This document shows, in pieces, positions 40,818 through 50,372 of a stretch of 55,619 nt of DNA; the stretch's first letter is position 1, and the number at the start of each line of letters is the position of its first letter. Origin of the DNA: Guillardia theta CCMP2712 (Eukaryota; Protista; Cryptophyta); contig NW_005434440.1 in the NCBI RefSeq assembly GCF_000315625.1, positions 1 to 55,619 on the forward strand, read 5' to 3'. Both the position numbers and the translations under genes were made by a program. The notes under the pieces were generated by a model. The model saw nothing but the letters and a program-made list of their open reading frames with translations, had not been told where the DNA came from and did not search any database.

Positions 40818-43800
40818 CTACACTCGACGGAACTCAACAAGGAACTCAGGGTATGTCTGTCGCCGGTCGTAGACGATGAACTCCCTGTACTTTTGCAAGA
40901 ACGCTGAAGGATGCGTATCCTGTGTCACCCCAATCACTGAGTCATGCAGGCGGTCACTGCCCGGCATTACTGGTGGTCGCCTCGCGTTGTTCATCGCTTG
41001 CAGGGCCTCGTAAGGCGTCCCCAGCACAGCTCGCACCACAAACATACGACAGATCCCGCGGCTGTCTGGCGTGCAGTACTCGTCGCTCTTGCTCGAGTTC
41101 TCAGCCAGGTAGATCCCAGCTCCAAACAAGCCTTCTAGACTGCAGACCCGCTCGTCAAGCCCAGCCTTCAAGATAACATCCGCCATGTCGTGTTTGGTGC
41201 CATGGAACAGCAACACCTCGTTGCTGGTCTTATCCTGAAGGAGAGACTTTTTCATCCAATCTTTCCACGTACTCACCTTGGTCTTGGGGTGTCGTTTGCC
41301 CTGTAGCATCATGAGGTAGCCTGTAGCCTTTCGCTGTAGGGCATATGCCGACCACAACTCCGAGTGCTCTATACGGAAGACCCGCTCCACGTTGTAGCCT
41401 TTATGCTTCAATCCCAAGTTGTCTCTTCCTTGGCCGATGTACTGCGACTTACATGTCGATGTCATGAGCTCTTGTATCTTGTCCTTCCACTCGCGTGTGA
41501 CGTCGACTTTGATGTCCGTGCTCGCGGAGCTTGCTCGACCCTGCCAATAGTAGGGAGCTTTCAGTACGGCACGATCGTGTGCCAGAAGCAGCTTCTCTGT
41601 CTCTAAATCTCTCGCTTTTCGTTCAAGCTCGGCCTCTTGCTTGCTCAAGGTCGTCAGCTCCGACTGCACCTGACGCTTTTGCTCATTCAGAAGCCTCTCT
41701 TGTTGGCTAAGCTCTGCCTTCTCCTTGTGCAGTTGTTCCTTCCTCGACTTGGCGTCGTGTTCAAGTTGCTTTCCTTTCGAGATCAGCTCTCGCTGCTGCT
41801 TCACCAGCTGCCTCTCTTCAAGGTTCATGCGCTCCATGCGCTGATTGATGTCCCTCTCCCTCTCTGCAAGCTCATCTTGCCTGCTCACAAGCAACGCAAG
41901 CTGTCGATCTTGCTGTTCGCGCATGGCAGTACGCTCTTTGTCGACATGTTCGCGCTCGAGTATCATGGCATGACTGAAGTATCGATGTGTGAGAGCCTCA
42001 GCTGATGAAGGCCTGTTGTTCGGAAGAGGATCGATGAGTCTAGAAACAAGATTCTTTGCCTCGTCTTCAAGTCCCGACAGCAATGCCGTGGTTTGATTGC
42101 GCTGTGACCCGCTTGTTGAAGCTTCTGTCAAGAATTCAAGCATCACCAAGCCAAACGAGTACATGTCTGATTTGTGCGAAACTTTCTTCGTGCTTGAGGT
42201 AGGATTGATCAGCTCCGGAGCCATGTAGTTCAGCGTGCCCACGGCAAGAGTTGTGGTCACTGTCGCTGCCAGGTCTTTAGCACGGTCCTCCTGCTCCTTG
42301 GACACGTCGAAGTCTGCAATCTTCGGCTCTGCATCCTCTTCTTTGGAAGTCATCATGATGTTTCCGGGCTTGATGTCGCAATGGATGATCCTGTTCTGGC
42401 GCAGGTTCTCGAGTCCTTGCAGCAACTGCATCAGCACCCTGTGTTTCTGCTGGTAACTCGGTTTCACATCCTGCATCCAGATCCAAAGCGTCCCTCCAAC
42501 AAGGAATGGCATCTTCAGGTATCCCTTCAAGACCATCAGCCCATGCTCGTTCGTCTCCTCCACAAAAGCACTGCTCAGCTGCATGATGTACGGGTGCTCC
42601 AAGCGACGCAAGATGCTTGCTTCTCGCAGGAAATGCTTCCTTCCTCTCTCGCTGTCCGAGATGCTGTATTCTTTGATGACATACTTTTCACCTCCTTCTT
42701 TGACGACCATCACATTGTGTCTGGCCCCCATCTGCCCAAGTTGCGACAGCCGGTCTACCACTTGAAACATGTCGATCTTCTCATGATCGATTACAAAATC
42801 ATTGATAGCAGCACCAGCCTCGAGTTGCATCTCTTCCTTCAACTCATTTCTGTACTCAGGATAGTGACAGATGATGCTCCAAAGCGTTGACTCCATCCTC
42901 TCAAGCTCCTTGTTGCTTGCCAAGAGGTTTGTTCTGACCGCATCTATCTTCTCCTCAACCTCCTGGTACGCTAACTTCTTCCTCTTGCACCTTTCCAAGT
43001 CAGATTTATGATCAAAAAGCTCGTCTTCCAGGCACTCAATAGTCTTCTTTAGCTCTGCCCTGGTATTGATCAAATGCTGCGGGTCTTCTAAGCTCTGAAA
43101 CACCTTGTTGTACCTTTCCAATGATTCTACGTCTGATATCTGACCCAACTCGAAAAGCACAGACTCTGCCCATGACAAGGCCTTCTTCTGAACTGTAAGC
43201 AACATGCTTAGGGGAAACGTTTCGATCAAAGAGCTGTCTATCCACACTTCCTCCTCGGACACAAACGCTGCTTCAAGCGCCATGTGCGTCTCCGGCAGAG
43301 CGTCTTCCAACTTGCTCGTATCGTCGACGCTCAACCCAGTGGAGCTTCCATCCAGCATACAAGAGAGCTGACGTAAACTGTCGGCATATCGGATTGCGAT
43401 CTTTGTCCTCTCCTCCCTTGCAGATGCCAGCCTCCCATTCACGGTCTCAACCCACACTGATACCATCGACTTTGTTTCTTGTAGCTGCTGTCGAAGATCA
43501 TCTGTACAAGGACAGTATGAGCCTGCAGCTTGCTGTCCATGGCTTGAAGAGCTTGAATCTGCTGCAAAGCACCTTGAAAACGACTCGATTTTGCCTGCAA
43601 TCTTCTCCAACGACTCCCTGTAACCCAGTAAGCAAGCCTTAGAACCACCTTTTAACGCAACCAGCTCGTCAGATTCCCGTATCAGCTTAGCCCTGGTCTT
43701 GTTCCTCCTGTCTATGCCCGTACCTCCCCTCATGACCTCAGCTTGCGCAGCATCAAGCTCATCCTGCAACGACCGCACTTGCCTCCAAGCCTGCTGCATA

Positions 43801-46142
43801 CGCACGTACGCTTCGTGCCCCTTGCTGCTCAGTATGTCCACCAATTCAAGCAGCAATCCGTAGGCCCCTTCTCCTGAGGCGAGCTCACGGCTGCATATCT
43901 TCTCTGTCAGGTCATGCAGTGATAGCTTCAATGAACCCTCCGAGCCCACGGATGATCCATGACGCCTGGCTAGCTTGACCGCAGATCGCAGGGTGCTGCA
44001 CTTGTCCACGTGGTCGAAACGCTCCCGCTCCTCTTGTTCCTCCCTCTCCTTGCGCTGCTGCTCCTCCCTCTCCTTGCGCTGCTGCTCCTCCCTCTCCTTG
44101 CGCTGCTGCTCCTCCCTCTCCTTGCGCTCCTCCTCTTGCAGCTTTTCCTTGCAATGTCTGCACCCGTACTACCAAGAGCACACGTCACAGGAGACTCACG
44201 CGCATCACTCAAACCAATCATACACCTGCTCATAGTCGGACCATCCTCGAGATTTGGAGCACTGAGTCAACCAATCAATACCAACAAAACCTCTAAAGAC
44301 CATGTGCTTTGAAACATCATCGATGACTTACATTCTGTGAGTTTCCCAATGCATAATGCAATCACAACAAGGTCAGATCAGCAGGAAGATATGTGATGGT
44401 GTCAAATTCTTACGCAGCACTAGTAGATCCATACCAGATGTCGCCATTCGTTGATCAAGACATACCAGAAAAAGAAAAATGAATGTCAATCCCTACCGAC
44501 CGCATGTTTCAATCGAGATATTACTTACAAGCTATCCAGCCCCATCACACCACCCATCCGATGACAAGTCCAGAAGATAAACGGAAAACGTCAGCCAATC
44601 GTCCCCTGACCGCATATTTCATAATCATCACTTACCGACTGTCCGGACAAATCAACAACCCATCCGATTAGAAACCAAGAAAAAACACAGAAAATGTCAG
44701 CCAAATCGTCCCCTGACCGCATGTTTCATAATGCTACTTACTCCCTATGCAGACCGATTTCATCCATCCAAGCAACGAAAGAGCAGCAAGAATTGAAAAG
44801 AAAGTCAGTCCCTATCGTCCCCTGAGCATCTTTCATCGTTGTTACTTACATACTATCCAGCCCCATTCACAACCCATCCGATGAGATAACCCCAAAATAC
44901 ACACAAAATGTCAGCCTATCGTCCCCTGAGCACATCATTATGATATGACACTTACTCCCTATGAAGACGAATTTAATCCATGCAAGCAAGGAAAAACCAG
45001 GGATTTGCAAAATACATGTCAGCCAATCATCCCCTGAGCGCGTATTTCTGATTGTGACTTACATTCTATCCAGCCCGATACACGACCCATCCGATGAGAA
45101 ACCGAAGAATGCACCAAAAATTTCAGCCCAATCGTTCACTGACCGCGTCTTTCATTATCATAACTTACTCGCTGTTGAGACCCATGATCAATCCATTCGA
45201 GCAGGAAACAAAGGAAATCGCAAAAATAAATGTCAGACAATCGTCCCCTGACTGCAGCTTTCATATTCGTCACTTACCAGCTATCCAGACCCAAGTTTCA
45301 TCCATCCGAGCAAAAAAGCGATGAGATTTGCAAAGTACATGTCAGCCAATCGTCCCCTGAGCACATCATTATGATATGACACTTACTCCCTATGAAGACG
45401 AATTTAATCCATGCAAGCAAGGAAAAACCAGGGATTTGCAAAATACTTGTCAGCCAATCATCCCCTGACCGCATCTTTCATCATTGTTACTTACATACTA
45501 TCCAGCCACATTCACGACCCGACCGACGATAATCCCAGAAATTTGCAAATCCACATGTCAGCCAATCGTCCCTTGACCGCATGTTTCATTGTCATCACTT
45601 ACCCACTGTCCAGCATCATCGATGGTCCATCCGAGCAAAAACCAACAAGAAAGCAAACCAAATGTCAGCCATATCGTCCCCTGACCGCATCTTTCATCAT
45701 CGTTACTTACCAGCTATCCAGCCCAAGTCACGACCCGACGGATGACAAACCAACAAAATTGCAAAACCAAATGTCAGTCTCTATCGTCCTCTGAGCATAT
45801 GCTGCACAGACTGATGCTTACCGCCTTCCGAATAACAACATTGCAATTCACGGCAGAACGTAAAACACTCAAAGTCAGGTGACGCCTACTGGAAGCTATT
45901 CAAATTACGCATTTTGTGCTGTCGTTGGTATCATATTCGATCACGATCTGGAGAAACACAAGTCAGAAGGTCAAAAAAGTGTTATGAGGAAGTGAAGGAG
46001 CCGCCAAGAAAGGAGTTGAATGATGGAAGGATCAGATGCGGGGGAGCAAAGGAAACATCTCCATCATCAAACATGTCACTCAAGGTAACAGCATCTCATC
46101 GCAGCTGCTCCTTGCCTGGCAATTAGAGCAGTTGTACGGCAT
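40818..46142 (-). CDS. GATA-like zinc finger - coiled coil - Ser/Thr kinase - coiled coil - PARP catalytic domain protein (~1166 aa, 19 exons incl. 15 microexons)
   Basis: Main exon 44168-40818 carries a kinase (YVIKEY, HCDIKPGN, DFD, GTLNYMAPE, DMYSFG) and a PARP domain (LLFHGTK, GLFGAGIYLAENSSKS, KYREFIVYD). Predicted 5' exons: 46142-46116 (MPYNCSNCQ, GC-AG donor CAG|GCAAG), 45947-45909, thirteen consecutive 3-nt exons between 45824 and 44529, 44419-44414, 44334-44332, 44261-44226. All introns are phase 0. The main exon is high confidence; the 5' exons are inferred from splice signals. Confidence 0.8.
44038..44127 (-). repeat. 24-bp coding tandem repeat (QQRKEREE), ~3.7 copies
   Basis: Plus-strand unit TCCTCCCTCTCCTTGCGCTGCTGC, in frame upstream of the track ORF 40818..44009. 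Confidence 0.9.
44326..45908 (-). repeat. Tandem array of ~103-109-nt homologous spliceosomal introns (outer introns 79 and 84 nt) separated by 3-nt microexons
   Basis: Plus-strand ACTTAC-NNN-CT(A/G), i.e. minus-strand YAG|NNN|GTAAGT, at 44326, 44523, 44630, 44736, 44844, 44950, 45057, 45163, 45272, 45381, 45489, 45597 and 45705. Variants occur at 45816 (AAG|GCG|GTAAGC) and 44408 (TAG|TGCTGC|GTAAGA). A conserved GCTGAC-type branch motif is present in nearly every unit. Confidence 0.9.
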
Positions 46143-46397
46143 TGCGGAGGTTGAGAACAGAGGGTGGGGTAGGTGGAGATTTGGGGATGTAGGCAAATAG
46201 CGGGTAGGGGTAGTCGAATGAAGGAGGGAGGCAGGGGACTCGAATCATGCCGGTGAGAACGATTCGATTTTATAAGTGAGACACTAGTAGCATTCAACGA
46301 GGGTGAGAGAGCGAAGGTGTTTGAGGTGGTACAACCAAACGTTGCACAGGTGCTCACCACCCACCCCCATTTAAATGTTGACATCAGTCTCGACTGG

Positions 46398-46762
46398 CTC
46401 GACAAAGGTTTTTTTCGCACGGGTAGGGTGCACAACCTTTCAATCTTAAGAAAGGTATTGAATATATTGTTCAATATTTCAAAGATTGGTGTGTATATCG
46501 AAGAAGATTTTGAAATCAAGGATGAGCGAAACGCAGTTCCGGCATGTTTTCCCAAGCGACCCCACTAAAATTAGTAGCAAGGGGAGACTTTACCTAGCCT
46601 ATCATCGATATTCTCTATATCTCTTCCTAGTCTCAAACGCATATGCCCCTACCCACCAGCTCCTTGTCCCCACCTTCACCTCAACCTCCACCACCTGCTC
46701 CACCACACTCGACGGAAGGTTTTTTTTCGTACGGGTAGGGTGGACAATTTTTCAATCTTAAG
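46398..46762 (+). repeat. Imperfect ~53-bp direct repeat pair (46398-46450, 46708-46762)
   Basis: CTCGAC..AAGGTTTTTTTCG(C/T)ACGGGTAGGGTG(C/G)ACAA..TTTCAATCTTAAG occurs twice, ~310 bp apart, in the divergent intergenic region. Confidence 0.8.
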
Positions 46763-46769
46763 GGAGATA

Positions 46770-47490
46770 TCTTGTCCCGGCTGCTTCCCCCCCTCTTGTC
46801 CCGGCTGCCCCCCCCCCTCTTGTCCCGGCTGCTCCCCCCCACACCTGTCCTCCTTCCATCACCATGCTCCTTCTTCCTCTTGCTCTTGCCCAGGCTCCTC
46901 CTTCCATCGCCATGCTCCTTCTTCCTCTTGCTCTTGCCCCGGCTCCTCCTTCCATCACCATGCTCCTTCTTCCTCTTGCTCTTGCCCCGGCTCCTCCTTC
47001 CATCGCCATGCTCCTTCTTCCTCTTGTTCTTGCCCCGGCTCCTCCTTCCATCACCATGCTCTTCTTCCTCTGCTCTTGCCCCGGGCTCCTCCTTCCATCG
47101 CCATGCTCCTTCTTCCTCTTGCTCTTGCCCCGGCTCCTCCTTCCATCACCATGCTCCTTCTTCCTCTTGCTCTTGCCCCGGCTCCTCCTTCCATCACCAT
47201 GCTCCTTCTTCCTCTTGCTCTTGCCCCGGCTCCTCCTTCCATCGCCATGCTCCTTCTTCCTCTTGCTCTTGCCCCGGCTCCTCCTTCCATCACCATGCTC
47301 CTTCTTCCTCTTGTTCTTGCCCCGGCTCCTCCTTCCATCACCATGCTCCTTCTTCCTCTTGCTCTTGCCCCGGCTCCTCCTTCCATCACCATGCTCCTTC
47401 TTCCTCTTGCTCTTGCCCCGGCTCCTCCTTCCATCACCATGCTCCTTCTTCCTCTTGTTCTTGCCCCGGCTCCTCCTTCCATTGCCATGC
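46770..47490. repeat. Minisatellites: 24-bp unit x3 followed by 48-bp unit x~13
   Basis: TCTTGTCCCGGCTGCYYCCCCCCC x3 (46770-46840). CCTCCTTCCATCRCCATGCTCCTTCTTCCTCTTGYTCTTGCCCCGGCT x~13 (46849-47490), with one indel-bearing unit near 47060. Confidence 0.95.
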
Positions 47491-47560
47491 CTCTCCTTCC
47501 TCCTTCCCTTCCTCATGCCTTGGTCACTTTCTTCCTACACACACATTCCTGCTCCCTGGG

Positions 47561-48967
47561 ATGGTTTGGCCTGCCTTGTTGAGTTTTCCACCGTCCCCGT
47601 TCTGTTGCGGTCATACCGTGCCCCTGCGCACCTGCAAGGATGAAGCGAGTCCATCATGCGGATGTTGCCAGCCGCCTTGCTGTCCATCAGCGGAGACAGC
47701 GGAGACATCGGAGATGACGGGGGCAGCGGAGACATCGGAGATGACGGGGGCAGCGGAGACATCGGAGATGACGGGGGCAGCGGAGACATCGGAGATGACG
47801 GGGGCAGCGGAGACATCGGAGATGACGGGGGCAGCGGAGACATCGGAGATGACGGGGGCAGCGGAGACATCGGAGATGACGGGGGCAGCGGAGACATCGG
47901 AGATGACGGGGGCAGCGGAGACATCGGAGATGACGGAGGCAGCGGAGACATCGGAGATGACGGGGGCAGCGGAGACATCGGAGATGACGGGGGCAGCGGA
48001 GACATCGGAGATGACGGGGGCAGCGGAGACATCGGAGATGACGGGGGCAGCGGAGACATCCATGCTACACTCTCCTGTTGTAGCCAAGCGGCCTGATGTT
48101 TCGGAGCCTCGCCTGCCTTGTCCGGCGGCGGGAGAGGGTGCAGATTCAGTGGCCGATGATGTCATGACATCGGATGTGCACGTTGTTGGCAGCTCACAGT
48201 ACGGCGCTGCAGGGGATTTGCAGTGCCTGGACACAGATCATGAGCCGCGGTGTCGAGATGGAGAAGGTCAGGTTGACGAGTTAATCTTGCGAGCCTTGAT
48301 GTCTTCGAATCTGCTTCGCCTTGTGGGGAACGCAAGCTACGTCCAGGGCTTGAAGGAGAAGATGCGGATTGAAGTGTCGCAGAGGAGGCGGGACTCGCTA
48401 GACTTTGCCGGGAAGCTTCCCTTGGCACTGAAGGCCTTGAGCATCGGCATCCCTGCCGATCAGCTTCTGATCGACGTTGCACAGGCAGGTGGGCTGCATG
48501 GCAAGAGCGACGGGTGTATCATAGTTGGGCCCCAGAGACAGGTCAGCGGGTCGAGTCGGGGTGAACCTCTGCCGCTGTGCCGAGAGCCGCTGGAGGTGAA
48601 GTCGTCCTCGTGCAGGAGTGGTGACAGGACCTTCGGCATCAAGTCCATCCGCAGGTCCTTCCGTCATCTGTTCATCGTGGGAAGAAAGGACAACCCTGAC
48701 GACTGGACGTCCCTTGACGCTCTAGACGACAAGTGCTCCCTCGGTTACATCAGCGGGGAGGACTATGACATAGCTCTAGAGCGGCACCTTGTGCGCCAGG
48801 GTAGATGGCCTGCAGCTTCCGACGAGCCACAGGATGTGACGGTGACGATGAACAGCAGGAAGAGGACCGGCTGGCTCTCGCAGCACATCCGGTGGGTGGG
48901 CTTCAAGGACCTGACACTGCAGTGGTGGCAGGCTACTGTAGGGAGCAGTGTGCTGGCAGTTAGGTAG
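47561..48967 (+). CDS. Putative PD-(D/E)xK restriction-endonuclease-fold protein; start uncertain (track ORF from 46772 is inflated by repeats)
   Basis: The non-repetitive C-terminal ~300 aa has GKSDGCII...LEVKSSS..TFGIKSIRRSFRHLFIVG, a D...E-x-K pattern. In-frame ATGs are at 47561 and 48062. Confidence 0.5.
   Translation: MVWPALLSFPPSPFCCGHTVPLRTCKDEASPSCGCCQPPCCPSAETAETSEMTGAAETSEMTGAAETSEMTGAAETSEMTGAAETSEMTGAAETSEMTGAAETSEMTGAAETSEMTGAAETSEMTEAAETSEMTGAAETSEMTGAAETSEMTGAAETSEMTGAAETSMLHSPVVAKRPDVSEPRLPCPAAGEGADSVADDVMTSDVHVVGSSQYGAAGDLQCLDTDHEPRCRDGEGQVDELILRALMSSNLLRLVGNASYVQGLKEKMRIEVSQRRRDSLDFAGKLPLALKALSIGIPADQLLIDVAQAGGLHGKSDGCIIVGPQRQVSGSSRGEPLPLCREPLEVKSSSCRSGDRTFGIKSIRRSFRHLFIVGRKDNPDDWTSLDALDDKCSLGYISGEDYDIALERHLVRQGRWPAASDEPQDVTVTMNSRKRTGWLSQHIRWVGFKDLTLQWWQATVGSSVLAVR
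47699..48060 (+). repeat. 27-bp tandem repeat, ~13.4 near-perfect copies (AETSEMTGA in the long ORF frame)
   Basis: Unit GCGGAGACATCGGAGATGACGGGGGCA. Confidence 0.95.
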
Positions 48968-49802
48968 CCTTATTCCATGACGCTGTGGTGGCAAGCTGAG
49001 ACAAGCGACGGCAGGGAGTCACTAGTGTTGTAGTCAGCTAGGTTGACCTGCCTATGCCTATGCTGCAAGGTGATGCACAGTGATTAAGGCTTGGGGGCCG
49101 TGCATCATCTCCCCTTGAAGCAGCAATTTTAGAATCAATACAAGCATGCAGATAACCTATGAGCCGCTTCCCGCCTCTGTCCTCCACAGAATCTCCGCTC
49201 GCCTCCTACTAGTGACTGGCTCCCATCCAGGCTCCTGTCAGTCTCTCGTCCTCTCCTGCTTGCCAGGCTGGCTCCCGTCAGTCTCCCGTCTAGGCTTGAA
49301 TTCCTATGAATTCATATGAACCTGCAGCGCAGCCTCTCACATATCATGGGCAAAGAATCATCCAAAACTCGCATGAGATTCACAAAAAACCACGAGCTTC
49401 TGCTGGTCTTGCGTCCTGGTGACGTATGAGCCTGCATCGCGAGATCAGAAATTGGGTGCGCATGCGTTCATCAGAAAATCAGCGACTACCTAGTAAAACA
49501 GGGCTAGCGTGCAGAAATGTCACATCTGACCCCGAAATCCCATTTCAAGACATCCGAATGGGGGTCAGAGCATGCAAGAAGCATCCCAAACGGCCCACGG
49601 GAAGCGTTGGAAGCGTTCCCCTCCCCTTGCTGCAGCCTCCCATCGAGCGGTTGCATCGAGTACCCCACCTCTTCAAGATTAAGAGTAGGGGGTGGGGGGT
49701 ATTGGTCACTGAGTGGAAATTTATCATACTGGTTCGGCAAAAAAAATCGGCCCGAGGGGAGGGCGGCCGCGAAGGGCCCGGACTCCTGTAAGAACTCGGA
49801 TA

Positions 49803-50364
49803 AGGGTTTAGGGTTTAGGAGGCGCCGGTTATTTCAGGCACCATGGCTGCACGCCGCGTGGTGTAGGGGAAGCCGCCAGGGCGCAGCGAGAGGTTTGTAT
49901 AGTTTAGGTATAGTATAGTTTATACAAACCTCTCGCTTAGGGTTTAGGGTTTAGATTTCCCGGCATGCAGATCTGCGGTACCCCTGCGCTGGTGGAGTAA
50001 GAGCCGCCAGGAACGACGGAAGCTTGGGAAACCATTGAGAATGCTCCGAAACATGTGGCCAATATCTATTGTGAACCCTGACGAGATCGTGCAGTACCGT
50101 ACCTCCAGCTACCTCAAGAGGCAGACGGAAACTGGAACGATGCCGTCACCAGCTGAGCTTGTGCGACGACTGGATGACTTCGCAAGGCAGAACCCCAAAA
50201 GCAGGACGAGCAAAGCTCTGAAAGCCAAAGAGATATCCTTGGAAGCCTTAGCCGAAGCCATCAGTCAGACATGCAGCTTTGCTGAACCCTCGTCACCGTG
50301 AAGGCATGGAGGGTTTAGGGTTTAGGGTTTAGAGCGCCGGTTATTTCAGGCAGCGCCGGTTATT
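49803..50364 (+). repeat. Interstitial telomere-type (TTTAGGG)2-3 blocks with an associated repeated motif and a hairpin
   Basis: Blocks at 49803-49819, 49937-49954 and 50310-50332. GCGCCGGTTATTTCAGGCA follows blocks 1 and 3 (49822, 50334; partial copy at 50353). Perfect 17-bp inverted repeat at 49885-49901/49921-49937. Confidence 0.85.
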
Positions 50365-50372
50365 AAAGGCAG

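Noticed and set aside
44483-45794. Plus-strand short ORFs across the array
   Set aside because: Incidental frames in repeated intron sequence; units differ by non-triplet indels.
44480-45800. CRISPR-like array (conserved ~45-bp block alternating with variable ~60-bp segments)
   Set aside because: The variable parts are homologous to each other, there are no cas genes, and the context is eukaryotic. The conserved positions are splice donor, branch and acceptor signals on the minus strand.
46758-47643. His/Cys-rich or Leu/Pro-rich repeat proteins from the 48-bp array
   Set aside because: Open in most frames because the unit lacks stops, and an internal indel switches frame, which argues against coding constraint.
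50035-50301. 88-aa ORF as an independent gene
   Set aside because: Short with no motif; it may be a detached 5' part of ORF1, but that cannot be supported from this window alone.
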